In this document: piece after piece, positions 10,173 through 19,482 of the stretch
Layout of the letters: each line of letters starts with the position of its first letter
Numbering within the stretch: the stretch's first letter is position 1
From: Verrucomicrobiota bacterium
GTDB lineage: Bacteria > Verrucomicrobiota > Verrucomicrobiia > Palsa-1439
Assembly (NCBI GenBank): GCA_003164675.1
Contig: PLTX01000020.1
Span: forward strand, 7,580-71,579
Reading direction: 5' to 3'
DNA length: 64,000 bases
Made by a program: the position numbers and the translations under genes
Notes under the pieces: model-generated
What the model was told of the DNA's origin: nothing
The model's input: the letters and a program-made list of their open reading frames with translations, nothing else
Databases searched by the model: none

Positions 10173-11167
10173 GAGCTGCTAAAGGAAATCCATGGTCTCG
10201 CGGACTAAGCGGCAGCGTGAAACTTTTCTGGTGTTCGCTTTTCTTCGCAGCGTCGATGGCGCCTGCGCAAGAGCCGCAGTTGTTCCTGACCGACCAGCGT
10301 GCGTTTGGTAATCTGGGTCCCGCGCCATCCACTGAGTCGCAGCCGCAGGAGGAGGAATATCGGGACGAGTTGGGCCCGCTCCACCCCTTGTTGAGTTTGC
10401 GGTATACCGCGTTTCAGGCCTATAGCGACACGTCGTACCTCTACGACTCCAACATCTTGCTGACGTTTCACAAACCGGTCGAGGACATGGTGCTCGACCA
10501 GGTTTTCGGGGCGTCTTATGCGCCGAGGGTTTTCGATGATCTGAAGACCGTGGTTTACTACCAGCATTACATCGATCGTTACGATTCCAACGGCGCATTC
10601 GATTTTGACGGCGACCAAGCCGGCGTGGACCTGGCGTACACCCTCGTAAAACCCGCGATTCCCCATCATGAAGAACAGACCTCATCGGTTTGGACCCTGT
10701 ACGGCGACGGCTCGTACGAGCGGCTCACGTCGACGCCGGATGACGTGCGGATCTTCGAGATGGTGGATACGAGGATTGGCCTGCGTTGCGACTACCATGA
10801 TGTGTTGCCCTGGTGGGGAGGATCTGTAAAGCATATCGCGCCGTTTTACGGTTATCAGTTTGACTGGCGGGTTTCGGACCCGGCCGTTCTGACCCGGGCC
10901 GACAACACGTTTTTCCTGGGGGTGAGTCTGGACCTGATGCGGAATGTGTACGTGCAATTCCTTGGGCAGGCGCAGTGGCAGGATTACCTCAACGAAAACC
11001 GCAGCGACGTTACCGAGACGCTCTCGGCGTCGTTGATCTGGCGCATCAACAAGTATGCATCGTTGAACGCCAGCGCACTGTTTGCCAACAACAACTCCAG
11101 CATGAATGCGTTGTCTTATAGAGTTATTAGTGCCGGCCCGAACGTGACGCTGCAAATCCGCTTCTGA
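10169..11167 (+). CDS. Outer-membrane beta-barrel protein
   Basis: Signal peptide, YDSNI motif, amphipathic aromatic strands, C-terminal Phe (LQIRF); GTGA overlap with the FecR gene. Confidence 0.75.
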   Translation: MRAAKGNPWSRGLSGSVKLFWCSLFFAASMAPAQEPQLFLTDQRAFGNLGPAPSTESQPQEEEYRDELGPLHPLLSLRYTAFQAYSDTSYLYDSNILLTFHKPVEDMVLDQVFGASYAPRVFDDLKTVVYYQHYIDRYDSNGAFDFDGDQAGVDLAYTLVKPAIPHHEEQTSSVWTLYGDGSYERLTSTPDDVRIFEMVDTRIGLRCDYHDVLPWWGGSVKHIAPFYGYQFDWRVSDPAVLTRADNTFFLGVSLDLMRNVYVQFLGQAQWQDYLNENRSDVTETLSASLIWRINKYASLNASALFANNNSSMNALSYRVISAGPNVTLQIRF

Positions 11168-11182
11168 TGTCCGCCTGTTCTC

Positions 11183-11917
11183 TCAGATGACAAAACGCTC
11201 ACCGTCGCGGGCGATGTGGAGTCGAACCCTGGCGCGGTTCCTGAGCAGATCGTCACCGACGTGCGTGAGCACGATCCGTTTCGCGCCGATCTCCGCCTGA
11301 TGCTCCCGGAGTTGTGTGTAACTCAAATGTACCGGCGTACGCTGGTCAAAATCGGTGCATTCGGTCAACAGCAGATTGGCGCCTCGTGACATCGCGGGAA
11401 TGGAATCGCACCAGGTTGTGTCACCGGTGAAGGCCACGGCGTTGCGGCGGTGTTCGATGCGATAGCCGAGGCAGGGAAACCGGTCCGTGTGCTGCATGCG
11501 GTACGCGTGGATGCGCATTCCGCGAATGGAAATCGGACGGCCGGGGCGGATGATCTTGTATACGACCGGGAAGCGGCGGCGATCCTTTGCCAGTTCGCCG
11601 TACATTAGATTCGTCAGCGCTTCGAGTCGCTCGGCACACAATGCGGAGCCGATCACCACGAGCGGACGGGTTCGCCGTGAGCGGTACTGGTAATCCAGAA
11701 GCAACATCGGCACGCCGCCGATGTGATCGCCATGCAGGTGGGTGACCAAGATGAGATCGATTTCGTCCGCGGCGATTTTCGACCGATGCAACGCTTGCAG
11801 GATGGTCGGGCCGCAATCTATCAGTGCCGTGGTGTTGCCAGCCTGCATGACGATAGCCGAATGAAACTGGCCCGCCGCGCCGAATGCATCTCCAGTCCCA
11901 AGAGTGGTCACGCGCAT
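11183..11917 (-). CDS. MBL-fold metallo-hydrolase (RNase Z-like)
   Basis: LGTGDAF, IDCG, THLHGDH, FTGDT, LTH. Confidence 0.9.
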   Translation of the reverse strand: MRVTTLGTGDAFGAAGQFHSAIVMQAGNTTALIDCGPTILQALHRSKIAADEIDLILVTHLHGDHIGGVPMLLLDYQYRSRRTRPLVVIGSALCAERLEALTNLMYGELAKDRRRFPVVYKIIRPGRPISIRGMRIHAYRMQHTDRFPCLGYRIEHRRNAVAFTGDTTWCDSIPAMSRGANLLLTECTDFDQRTPVHLSYTQLREHQAEIGAKRIVLTHVGDDLLRNRARVRLHIARDGERFVI

Positions 11918-11928
11918 GGGATACGTGA

Positions 11929-12090
11929 GACAACTGTTATTCGAGTTACACCGCGGATGTCAACAGGCACGTTTGGGCCAACTTGGGAGGTCAGATTGCA
12001 GGCACCGGCGGCTCGAATACGGTGTTCGACCCGTTTGGGGGCAGCCCGAACAAATTCTACCAGGTCTTGCAGGTGCCATGGGCAGGATGA
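11929..12090 (+). pseudogene. Orphan 3' fragment of a secreted-protein gene
   Basis: Startless frame reading YTADVNRHVWANLGGQIAGTGGSNTVFDPFGGSPNKFYQVLQVP, resembling Verrucomicrobial C-terminal domains. Confidence 0.45.
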
Positions 12091-12282
12091 GGGTCGAGAA
12101 TCAGGTGGTCCTGCTGGCTGAAGAAGAGCTCCGGCCCGTTCTCAGGCTTACTTGACGGTCATTTCTGCCCGTGCTGACTCAAAACATTCTCTTGTGATCG
12201 CAATTGCGAGCCTGACCATGTTCTCCATCGAATTCTTTTGGAAATTCGCAAAACGCTACAAGTTCAAGCATGGGATCCACCT

Positions 12283-14544
12283 TTAAAGCGAAGGCCCTGC
12301 CAACAGCGAAGCTGAGAATTGCTCGCTGTGACCCCAAATGGGCACGAGCAGATCTCGTTTTGTCGCACGCACCTGCCGCACGCCCCAAGCCGTGTACCAC
12401 GCCGCCGACGCAACAAACGCTCCGCCGCAGTCCGTCCACTCCAGCGGCGCCGCGAAGCCATGACGAGCGTGCAGTTCGGTTTCCAAGTGCTCCCACAACG
12501 TACCCGTGGCGGTCCGGCAGACATTACGGACACCGGGGAACTGCGCGAACAAATCTTCCGCTGCCGCTCGCGCCTGGACCTTGCTGTGGTGGGTAAGACC
12601 CTCGGCCAACGCGACAATCCGCACCGGATCGCCGGCGCGCGCCCGCCGCAGCACCACCGCTCCCGCTCCTTCGGCGGGAACAAACGCTCCACCACGCCGC
12701 AGCCAGCGGACGGCGGCATAGGCGTCGAGCGCCATCGGATCCAACTCCTCTCCGCTGACGACCAGCACATTTTCGACCAGCCCGTTGGCCAACCAGGTAG
12801 CCGCAACATTGAGCGCGCTGACCCACGCCGTGTCGTCGGCAACAACCGTGTAGCTCGGTCCCACGACGCCAAGTACGGCCGCAAGGTGGCTCGTCGGTGA
12901 GTTGAAAACGGTTTCTGGAAAGACATTCGGACTGGCGAACCGCTGCCCGTGTTTCACAACGCCTTGATAAAACCTGCCCGTTGGCACCAGCACCCCGGTA
13001 TGGAACGCGGCCACAATGCCAAGCGTCGCGGGATTCACACCACCGGCGGCGCCCACCGCCTGTTGAGCGGCGGCCAGCATGAAGACCGTCAACCCGCTGG
13101 CCCGACGTAACCGCGGCTCGTTCTGCCAGCGCGCCAACTCCGGTCGGTTCAAGTCCACGCGCCGTACCGGCCACTCGCGGCCGGCGAGACTCGCCATCCC
13201 GCGCGGCTCGCGCTCGGGAACCACCATGCCGACTCCGCAAACCGCCATGGGCGGCGGCTTTCGTCCTTCCGAGCTATGCCGATGGGCCGGTGGTCGCTTG
13301 GACGCGTAATCTTCGTACCGGGTCAAGATCAACGCTGTGTTGGAGCCGCCAAAACCGAGATTCACGCTGATTGTCGCCTGCAGCGAGTGACCGCGTTCGC
13401 CGCGGGTCACAAGCCGAGCCGCAACTGCAGGCTCCGCTTGACGGACGTTCAAGTTCGGCGGCAGTTCTCCCGTGCGCAAGACTTGCAGCGCAAACACCGC
13501 CTCTGCGGCCCCCGCCGCACCGAGCGTGTGGCCGATGGCGGCTTTTGTCGAACTGAGCCGTAGTGGCGCGCTGTTACCGAAGACCTCGGCGAACGCTGCG
13601 CACTCGCTGGCGTCGTTGAGCAATGTGCCTGTGCCGTGGGCGTTCAGGTAACCGATGTCGCCCGGCGTGAGTTGCGCCTGATCGAGTGCCCGCCGAATCG
13701 CGGCGACCAAAGGCGCGCCCCCTGGATGGGGCTGGGTCAGGTGATGCACGTCCGTGCTGTGGCCGTAGCCCGCGACCACACCGAGAATGTTCGCGCCGCG
13801 TTCGCGGGCGTGGTGCTCCGATTCCAACACCAGAAAGGCTGCGGCCTCGCCGAGCATGAGACCCGTCCGCGCCGTATCGAACGGCCGGCACTTGTCGGCA
13901 CTCATCGCCTGCAGACAATCGAAACCGACGTAAATCAACTCGGTCAACGGTTCGTAGCCGCCGGTAACTACCAATTCAGCGCGGCCGGAGCGAATCAGGT
14001 CGGCGCCATGACCGATGGCGTTGGCGCCACTTGCACACGCATTGGCAATGATAGCGATGGGGCCGCGAAAGCCGAACTGATCTTGCAGGTCGAGGATTTG
14101 ACGGTGCGCCTGGTAGTGCGCCACCTCAAAGACGCGCCCCGGTCCCCGTCGCCCCGCCAGCAACCCACGAACGTAACGCTCCCCCAGCGCCATCGCGCCG
14201 CCGGTGGTGCTGACCGAAAGTGTAAGCTGCGGGAACCGTGAGCGACCGTCGGCGTCCAGCAACCCTGCCGTGGCCAACGCCTCGCGGAAGGCCGGAACTG
14301 CAAGCCGCGTCGCCCGCGACCATCGCCGCAGGCGGCGCGCGTTGACTTCAGCGAAATCGGGCAACTCGGCCTGCGCGCCGCTCTGGCAGCGGCAACCGGA
14401 GACGTCAAAGAGGGTAATCGGAGCTTGCGCCTCGGCTCCCGCAACGAGGTGTTGCCAGGTGCTCATCACGTCCATGCCGAGCGGCGTGAGAGCGCCGATT
14501 CCGGTGACGACGACGGTGGTGGTGCCCGAGTTACTCATTTCCAT
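12283..14544 (-). CDS. Beta-ketoacyl-ACP synthase fused to a non-catalytic KS/chain-length-factor-like domain
   Basis: ANACASG, NAHGTGT, IGHTLGAAG triad and NLGFGGSN; second domain ASPNVFPETVFNS lacks the catalytic Cys. Confidence 0.88.
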   Translation of the reverse strand: MEMSNSGTTTVVVTGIGALTPLGMDVMSTWQHLVAGAEAQAPITLFDVSGCRCQSGAQAELPDFAEVNARRLRRWSRATRLAVPAFREALATAGLLDADGRSRFPQLTLSVSTTGGAMALGERYVRGLLAGRRGPGRVFEVAHYQAHRQILDLQDQFGFRGPIAIIANACASGANAIGHGADLIRSGRAELVVTGGYEPLTELIYVGFDCLQAMSADKCRPFDTARTGLMLGEAAAFLVLESEHHARERGANILGVVAGYGHSTDVHHLTQPHPGGAPLVAAIRRALDQAQLTPGDIGYLNAHGTGTLLNDASECAAFAEVFGNSAPLRLSSTKAAIGHTLGAAGAAEAVFALQVLRTGELPPNLNVRQAEPAVAARLVTRGERGHSLQATISVNLGFGGSNTALILTRYEDYASKRPPAHRHSSEGRKPPPMAVCGVGMVVPEREPRGMASLAGREWPVRRVDLNRPELARWQNEPRLRRASGLTVFMLAAAQQAVGAAGGVNPATLGIVAAFHTGVLVPTGRFYQGVVKHGQRFASPNVFPETVFNSPTSHLAAVLGVVGPSYTVVADDTAWVSALNVAATWLANGLVENVLVVSGEELDPMALDAYAAVRWLRRGGAFVPAEGAGAVVLRRARAGDPVRIVALAEGLTHHSKVQARAAAEDLFAQFPGVRNVCRTATGTLWEHLETELHARHGFAAPLEWTDCGGAFVASAAWYTAWGVRQVRATKRDLLVPIWGHSEQFSASLLAGPSL

Positions 14545-14547
14545 GAC

Positions 14548-15927
14548 TCAACGCATCCGCCACAGCGTCCCGAAATATTCCCACAACGGACCGACGATGC
14601 CACGTTGGCGCAGCCGCTCCGCAATGCGAGAGAAGTTCGCCGGCAAGGGACCGGTGATCCAGTTTGGGGCGCGCTCGCCGAATTCGGCCAGTTGTTGCAG
14701 CAGTTCCTCTTCGCGTAGCGACGGCGAGATATAGTAAACCGGATCGAGCAGATCAGTGTCAGCGGACAGCATCCCTTCGCGTTGGGCGCGGACGAACAAC
14801 GCTGTACCGGGATAAACGCGCATGCCCGCGAAAGCGAAGATGACCGTGCCGGTCAGACGCTGCGAGTTGGCGAAGCCGGTCCGCAACGTCTCCGTCGTCT
14901 CGCCCGGCCCGCCGCAGATGACGAAGTGGCTGTAATGGACGCGCGCGGCGCGGGCCAGTTCGGACGAGTGGAGGATGTCGGCAAAGGTGAACGTCTTGCC
15001 GTACTCGGCGAGCACTTCGTCGCAGAAACTGTCCGTGCCAAACTCGATGTGCGTTAGCCCGGCCCGCGCCATCAGCGTCATCAGCCCGGCGGTCAGGTTT
15101 TTCGGGCGAAGGAAGCAACTCCACGTGAGATTAACGCGGCGGCGGAGGATGGCGTCGCAGATGTCGGAGACATGGTCGTTGGTGAGATTGAACACCGCGT
15201 CGACAATGAACACATGCTTCGCTCCCTGCCGTTGGATGGCCGCCAATTCTTCGGCGACCGCTTCGGGCGGGCGGCGGTGGTTCTCGCGGCCTTCGATCAG
15301 CGGATACGTGCAGAAACAACACGGCAGGCCGCAACCGCGTTGGGTCGAGATGTTCAACATCGAACTGTGGCGGAGATAATATTCCACCAAGTGCGGTGGG
15401 CGTTCCGCCGGGTCCAAAAACGTTGAGCCGTTCGTGTCGCGCGGATTGATGACAATTTGTTCGCCGCGCCGGTACACCAGTCCGGGAATCCCGGCGGGAT
15501 CGGCACCCGCGGCAAGTGCAGCGATCAGGCGTTTGAACGCGACTTCGCCCGGGCCGTGGATGCCGTAGTCGGCGCCCGTCAAAGCAAGCAGCCGGTCGGG
15601 GAAAATGGAAAATGCAGAACCACCGAGGACGATCGGGCGGTTCCACACTTGACGGACCGCCTGGCAAACGTTGACGGCATCGCCGAAATACGTTTGTCGG
15701 CTCACGAGTTGGACATCATCTACGTTACGCAGTGAGACCCCGACGACGTCCGGCCGGAATTCAACGAGAATGTCTTCAATTGGTTCATCCGGGACCTGAC
15801 AATCCAGCAGGCGGGTGGCGTGGCCGGCGCGGCGCAGAGCCGTGTCGAGGTGGGCCAATCCGAGTGGAAAGACCGGGTACGGCTGGTCGCAGCAGTTGTT
15901 GCTGATTAACAATACCCGGCTCGACAT
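14548..15927 (-). CDS. B12-binding radical SAM protein, lipid-biosynthesis type
   Basis: QPYPVFPLGL, GVSLRNVD, VLGGSAFS B12 domain; RGCGLPCCFCTYPLIEG (CxxxCxxC); 3 bp upstream of the KS gene. Confidence 0.88.
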   Translation of the reverse strand: MSSRVLLISNNCCDQPYPVFPLGLAHLDTALRRAGHATRLLDCQVPDEPIEDILVEFRPDVVGVSLRNVDDVQLVSRQTYFGDAVNVCQAVRQVWNRPIVLGGSAFSIFPDRLLALTGADYGIHGPGEVAFKRLIAALAAGADPAGIPGLVYRRGEQIVINPRDTNGSTFLDPAERPPHLVEYYLRHSSMLNISTQRGCGLPCCFCTYPLIEGRENHRRPPEAVAEELAAIQRQGAKHVFIVDAVFNLTNDHVSDICDAILRRRVNLTWSCFLRPKNLTAGLMTLMARAGLTHIEFGTDSFCDEVLAEYGKTFTFADILHSSELARAARVHYSHFVICGGPGETTETLRTGFANSQRLTGTVIFAFAGMRVYPGTALFVRAQREGMLSADTDLLDPVYYISPSLREEELLQQLAEFGERAPNWITGPLPANFSRIAERLRQRGIVGPLWEYFGTLWRMR

Positions 15928-16067
15928 GCGCCTTCTTCCTCCCTCACCATCGCATTTTAGAAACTGAACAATAGAAAGCAACACCGAACCCATGGCAGCC
16001 GGTGTTCGATAATCCGATTGCCTCGATTTTGAGCGCGCCCTAGTCTGCAAACCGAGTAAGGTGAGTC

Positions 16068-17105
16068 ATGCGTGCCCTGCTGGTATCACCGCAGTTTCCT
16101 AAAAACATGTGGACTTACGAACGGGCGCTGGCGTTGATCAAACGCAAGTCGGCGCTGCCGCCGCTGAGTCTGGTCACCGTAGCCGCGCTCTTGCCCGAGG
16201 ACTGGGAATTCAAGCTGATCGATCGCAACGTGCGTCCGGCGACGGAGGCGGAATGGGACTGGGCAGAAATCGTATTAATCAGTGCGATGACCACGCAGAA
16301 ACAGCATGGGTATCCATTCTGCTTTCAAACCGAGGCGTCGGTGGATTTGGCCGACGACCCGGAACTCCTTGATCTGATGTCCGTTTGCAACTTCAACAGC
16401 GTGTTCCTCGGCGTGGAGACGCCCGACCAGGCCAGTCTTACGGCGGCCCACAAGACTCAGAACACACGCCGATCGCTTGACGAAGCGGTCGAAAAGATCA
16501 CACGCGCCGGGCTCTGTGTCATGGGCGGATTCATCATCGGTTTCGACGGCGAACAACCCGGCACGGGCGAACGCATCTACGATTTTGTCGAGCGAAACTC
16601 AATCCCGACCACGCTGTTTTCCATGCTGCAAGCGCTGCCACACACGGCGTTGTGGCACCGGCTGCGGCGGGAAGGTCGGCTAATCGGGGAAGACGGGCGG
16701 CTGAACCAGGACACGCTCATGAATTTCATTCCCACCCGGCCAATCCAGGAAGTCGCCAGCGAATACGTCGAAACCACGTGGAAGCTTTACGATCCGTGTC
16801 GCTTTATGGACCGCACATACCGGCACTTCTTGATGTTGGGTCTCCCACGCTGGCACCCCTCAGAACGGATCAAGGTCAAGCACAGTTGGAGCGACATTCG
16901 CGCGTTATTGACGATGTGTTGGAGGCAGGGCGTGAAACGCAAGACCCGCTGGAAGTATTGGCACCACCTTTTCAGTCTTCTGCGGCGAAATCCCCGCGTG
17001 GCGGGCCATTACATCTGCGTCTCCGCTCACATCGAGCACTTCCTCTGGTATCGGCAGCAAACGCGTCATAAAATCGGGGCGCTGGTCGCGGCCGGCCCCG
17101 TGTGA
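16068..17105 (+). pseudogene. DUF4070-type B12-binding radical SAM gene with in-frame internal deletion
   Basis: N-terminus (PPLSLVTVAALLP...SAMTTQKQ) joins directly to HGYPFCFQTEASVDLADD; no GGP or CxxxCxxC motif. Confidence 0.75.
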
Positions 17106-17162
17106 TCAAAAAACTCGTCCTTGCTGAGTTTCCTCAGGCAGTATCGCGGCGAAGAACATCCC

Positions 17163-17261
17163 ATGCCCTGGAAGCGAATGCCGGCCTACATCACCGGCAG
17201 CGTCAACGTAGACCGGTTACGGAGAATCGAGTACCCGCTCGAGAAGAACCGCGTCCTGCAT
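17163..17261 (+). pseudogene. Remnant of the N-terminus of an integrase-core (IS-type) transposase
   Basis: MPWKRMPAYITGSVNVDRLRRIEYPLEKNRVL resembles the leading helix of PVC-type integrase-core proteins (recalled, unverified). Confidence 0.45.
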
Positions 17262-17640
17262 AGCGATGAGATTGTGCCAGCCGCGTCAATAGCAGCAGGT
17301 TCCCGAACTGCCAGAGGAAAAGGTCAGGCAACATGATGTGACTGACGTCTGAGTTGTCAGGGTTTCCCGCAAAAAACATCTTGCCTTCCACGACTGCGCA
17401 GACGTATAAGCCAAATGTTACCCCGTTTGTGGGGCTCACGTCTTGGCCCCTACATGGCGTTCCGTCTGCGCGAGGCTAGGAATTCGTTGCAAAGCGGAAT
17501 GCGAGGCACCGCGTAATGGAGGCGTTCAAATCTCGGAAATGGCCTAACCATCATGGCAGATGTCACTTTTTGGGCTTCTGTTGCTGGCCGTGGCATTATC
17601 CGGCCGGGCAGCACCCGCCACATCTTTCGCGGCTTCGTCT

Positions 17641-17766
17641 ATCGCCGTAATTGCCAGCGAAGGGACCCACACTCTCGCATTGAAATTGGACGGCACGGTT
17701 TGGGCGTAGGGATACAATTACCACGGTCAATTGGGCGATGGAACGCATATCGAGCGCAAAACTTCA
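17641..17766 (+). pseudogene. RCC1-repeat gene remnant with internal stop
   Basis: IAVIASEGTHTLALKLDGTVWA*GYNYHGQLGDGTHIERK; TAG at 17707 where Trp is expected. Confidence 0.75.
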
Positions 17767-17907
17767 GGTGAGTGCTCGTCCGAATGAATGGTCCGCGATG
17801 GTCGCGGGGCCCAAGTCATATGGGAAATGTCGGTTGAAGACCCGAACACGGTGTGAATGGCAACTGATTAAGGACGAAGCGACAGCACCGGACCAGAGAG
17901 AGAAAAC

Positions 17908-19425
17908 ATGAACCCACTGATTTATTCCGCACTGATCGTTTTGTATGTCGTGGCGATGTTGGCCGTTGGGTATTGGTGCATGAAACGCACCAAGAACGTC
18001 GGCGACTTCTTTCTGGGGGGGCGCACGCTCGGACCCTGGATGAGCGCGTTCGCTTATGGCACCACCTATTTCTCGGCAGTGCTCTTCATCGGCTACGCCG
18101 GCCGGCTGGGCTGGGGTTTCGGCATCCAGACGATGTGGATCGTGCTCGGCAACACGTTCGTCGGCACGCTGTTGGCGTGGTTCGTCCTCGCCGGGCGCAC
18201 CCGTGACATGACCGTCCGGCTCAAAGCGCTGACCATGCCCGAATTCCTCCGGGCGCGGTACCAGAGCATGCCGCTGCAGATCATGGGTGCGCTTGTGGTC
18301 TTTGTGTTTCTGGTACCGTATTCGGCATCGGTGTACATGGGCCTGAGTTATCTTTTCCAGAAAACGCTCGGGCTACAGTACAATCAGGCGCTCGTCTTTC
18401 TTGCCGCATTGACGGGCGTTTACCTCGTCATGGGCGGCTATTTTGCCGTCGCGGTCAGCGACTTTATCCGGGGCATCGTCGAGTTCCTGGGTGTTGCCAT
18501 CATGGTCTTTTTGCTGGTGGGAATGAAGGGGGGACTCGGGGCCAGCTTTGCCGCATTGCTGGATCCGAAATACATGCCCGCCCTCCACGCGCCGCCGCCG
18601 CCCACGGGACCTCCCTTCCCCGGCTGGGTGACGCTGTGGTCGCTCGTGTTGATCACCAGCTTCGGCCCGTGGGCGCTGCCGCAGATGGTGCAGAAGTTCT
18701 ATTCCATCCGGAGCAAGGCGGACGTAAAACGCGCCATGCTCATTGCCACGATCTTTGCGCTGTTCATGTCCTTTGGCGCCTACTACAGCGGCGCGCTGAC
18801 GCATCTGTTCTTCACCAACCCCAAGACCGACCTGGCGCCGATTGTCGATGCCGCCACCAAGAAGCCGAACCTCGACCTGCTGATGCCATTCTTCATCACG
18901 ACCTACGTCCCGTCATGGCTCGTGCTGGTCATCCTGTTGATGGTGTTTTCGGCGTCGATGTCGAGCCTGTCGTCGCTGGTGCTGGTGAGCAGTTCGGCCA
19001 TCGCCATCGATATCTACGGCGCCTTCGGCAAGCGCGATGAGAAGCAAAGGCAGACCATGCTGCTGCTGCGCGCGCTCTGCGCCGTGTTCGTGATCCTGTC
19101 GCTTCTCATTGCGCTGAGCAGGGTGGATGTGATCGTGAACCTGATGGTGATCGCCTGGGGCGCATTGAGCGGTGCGTTTCTGGCGCCGTATCTGTACGGC
19201 CTTTTCTGGCGGCGCGCGACCAAAGCCGGCGCCTATGCCGGCATGATTTCGGGAGTCGGCACGGCTGTCGGTTTGTTCTGCTATTGGGGCAAGCCTCACA
19301 TTCCCGTGTCGGCCGCGATTGCGATGCTTGTGCCGCTGCTGGTAATGCCTGTTGTCAGCCTTCTCACATCGCCGCCCGACGGGGCACATCTGGCGAAGTG
19401 TTTTCCCGCTGTGAAAGGGAAGTAA
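17908..19425 (+). CDS. Sodium:solute symporter (SSS family)
   Basis: FFLGGR, multiple TM helices, LPQMVQKFY, FSASMSSLSS, GLFWRRAT. Confidence 0.92.
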   Translation: MNPLIYSALIVLYVVAMLAVGYWCMKRTKNVGDFFLGGRTLGPWMSAFAYGTTYFSAVLFIGYAGRLGWGFGIQTMWIVLGNTFVGTLLAWFVLAGRTRDMTVRLKALTMPEFLRARYQSMPLQIMGALVVFVFLVPYSASVYMGLSYLFQKTLGLQYNQALVFLAALTGVYLVMGGYFAVAVSDFIRGIVEFLGVAIMVFLLVGMKGGLGASFAALLDPKYMPALHAPPPPTGPPFPGWVTLWSLVLITSFGPWALPQMVQKFYSIRSKADVKRAMLIATIFALFMSFGAYYSGALTHLFFTNPKTDLAPIVDAATKKPNLDLLMPFFITTYVPSWLVLVILLMVFSASMSSLSSLVLVSSSAIAIDIYGAFGKRDEKQRQTMLLLRALCAVFVILSLLIALSRVDVIVNLMVIAWGALSGAFLAPYLYGLFWRRATKAGAYAGMISGVGTAVGLFCYWGKPHIPVSAAIAMLVPLLVMPVVSLLTSPPDGAHLAKCFPAVKGK

Positions 19426-19482
19426 TCAACCAACCCGGAACCCTGAAGCAAAGTTTCAAACCAACGAAAGGATGAACCTGCG

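Noticed and set aside
17707-17709. TAG recoding (pyrrolysine or alternative code)
   Set aside because: The surrounding gene is degraded, and TAG terminates normal genes such as ilvA and cpaB.
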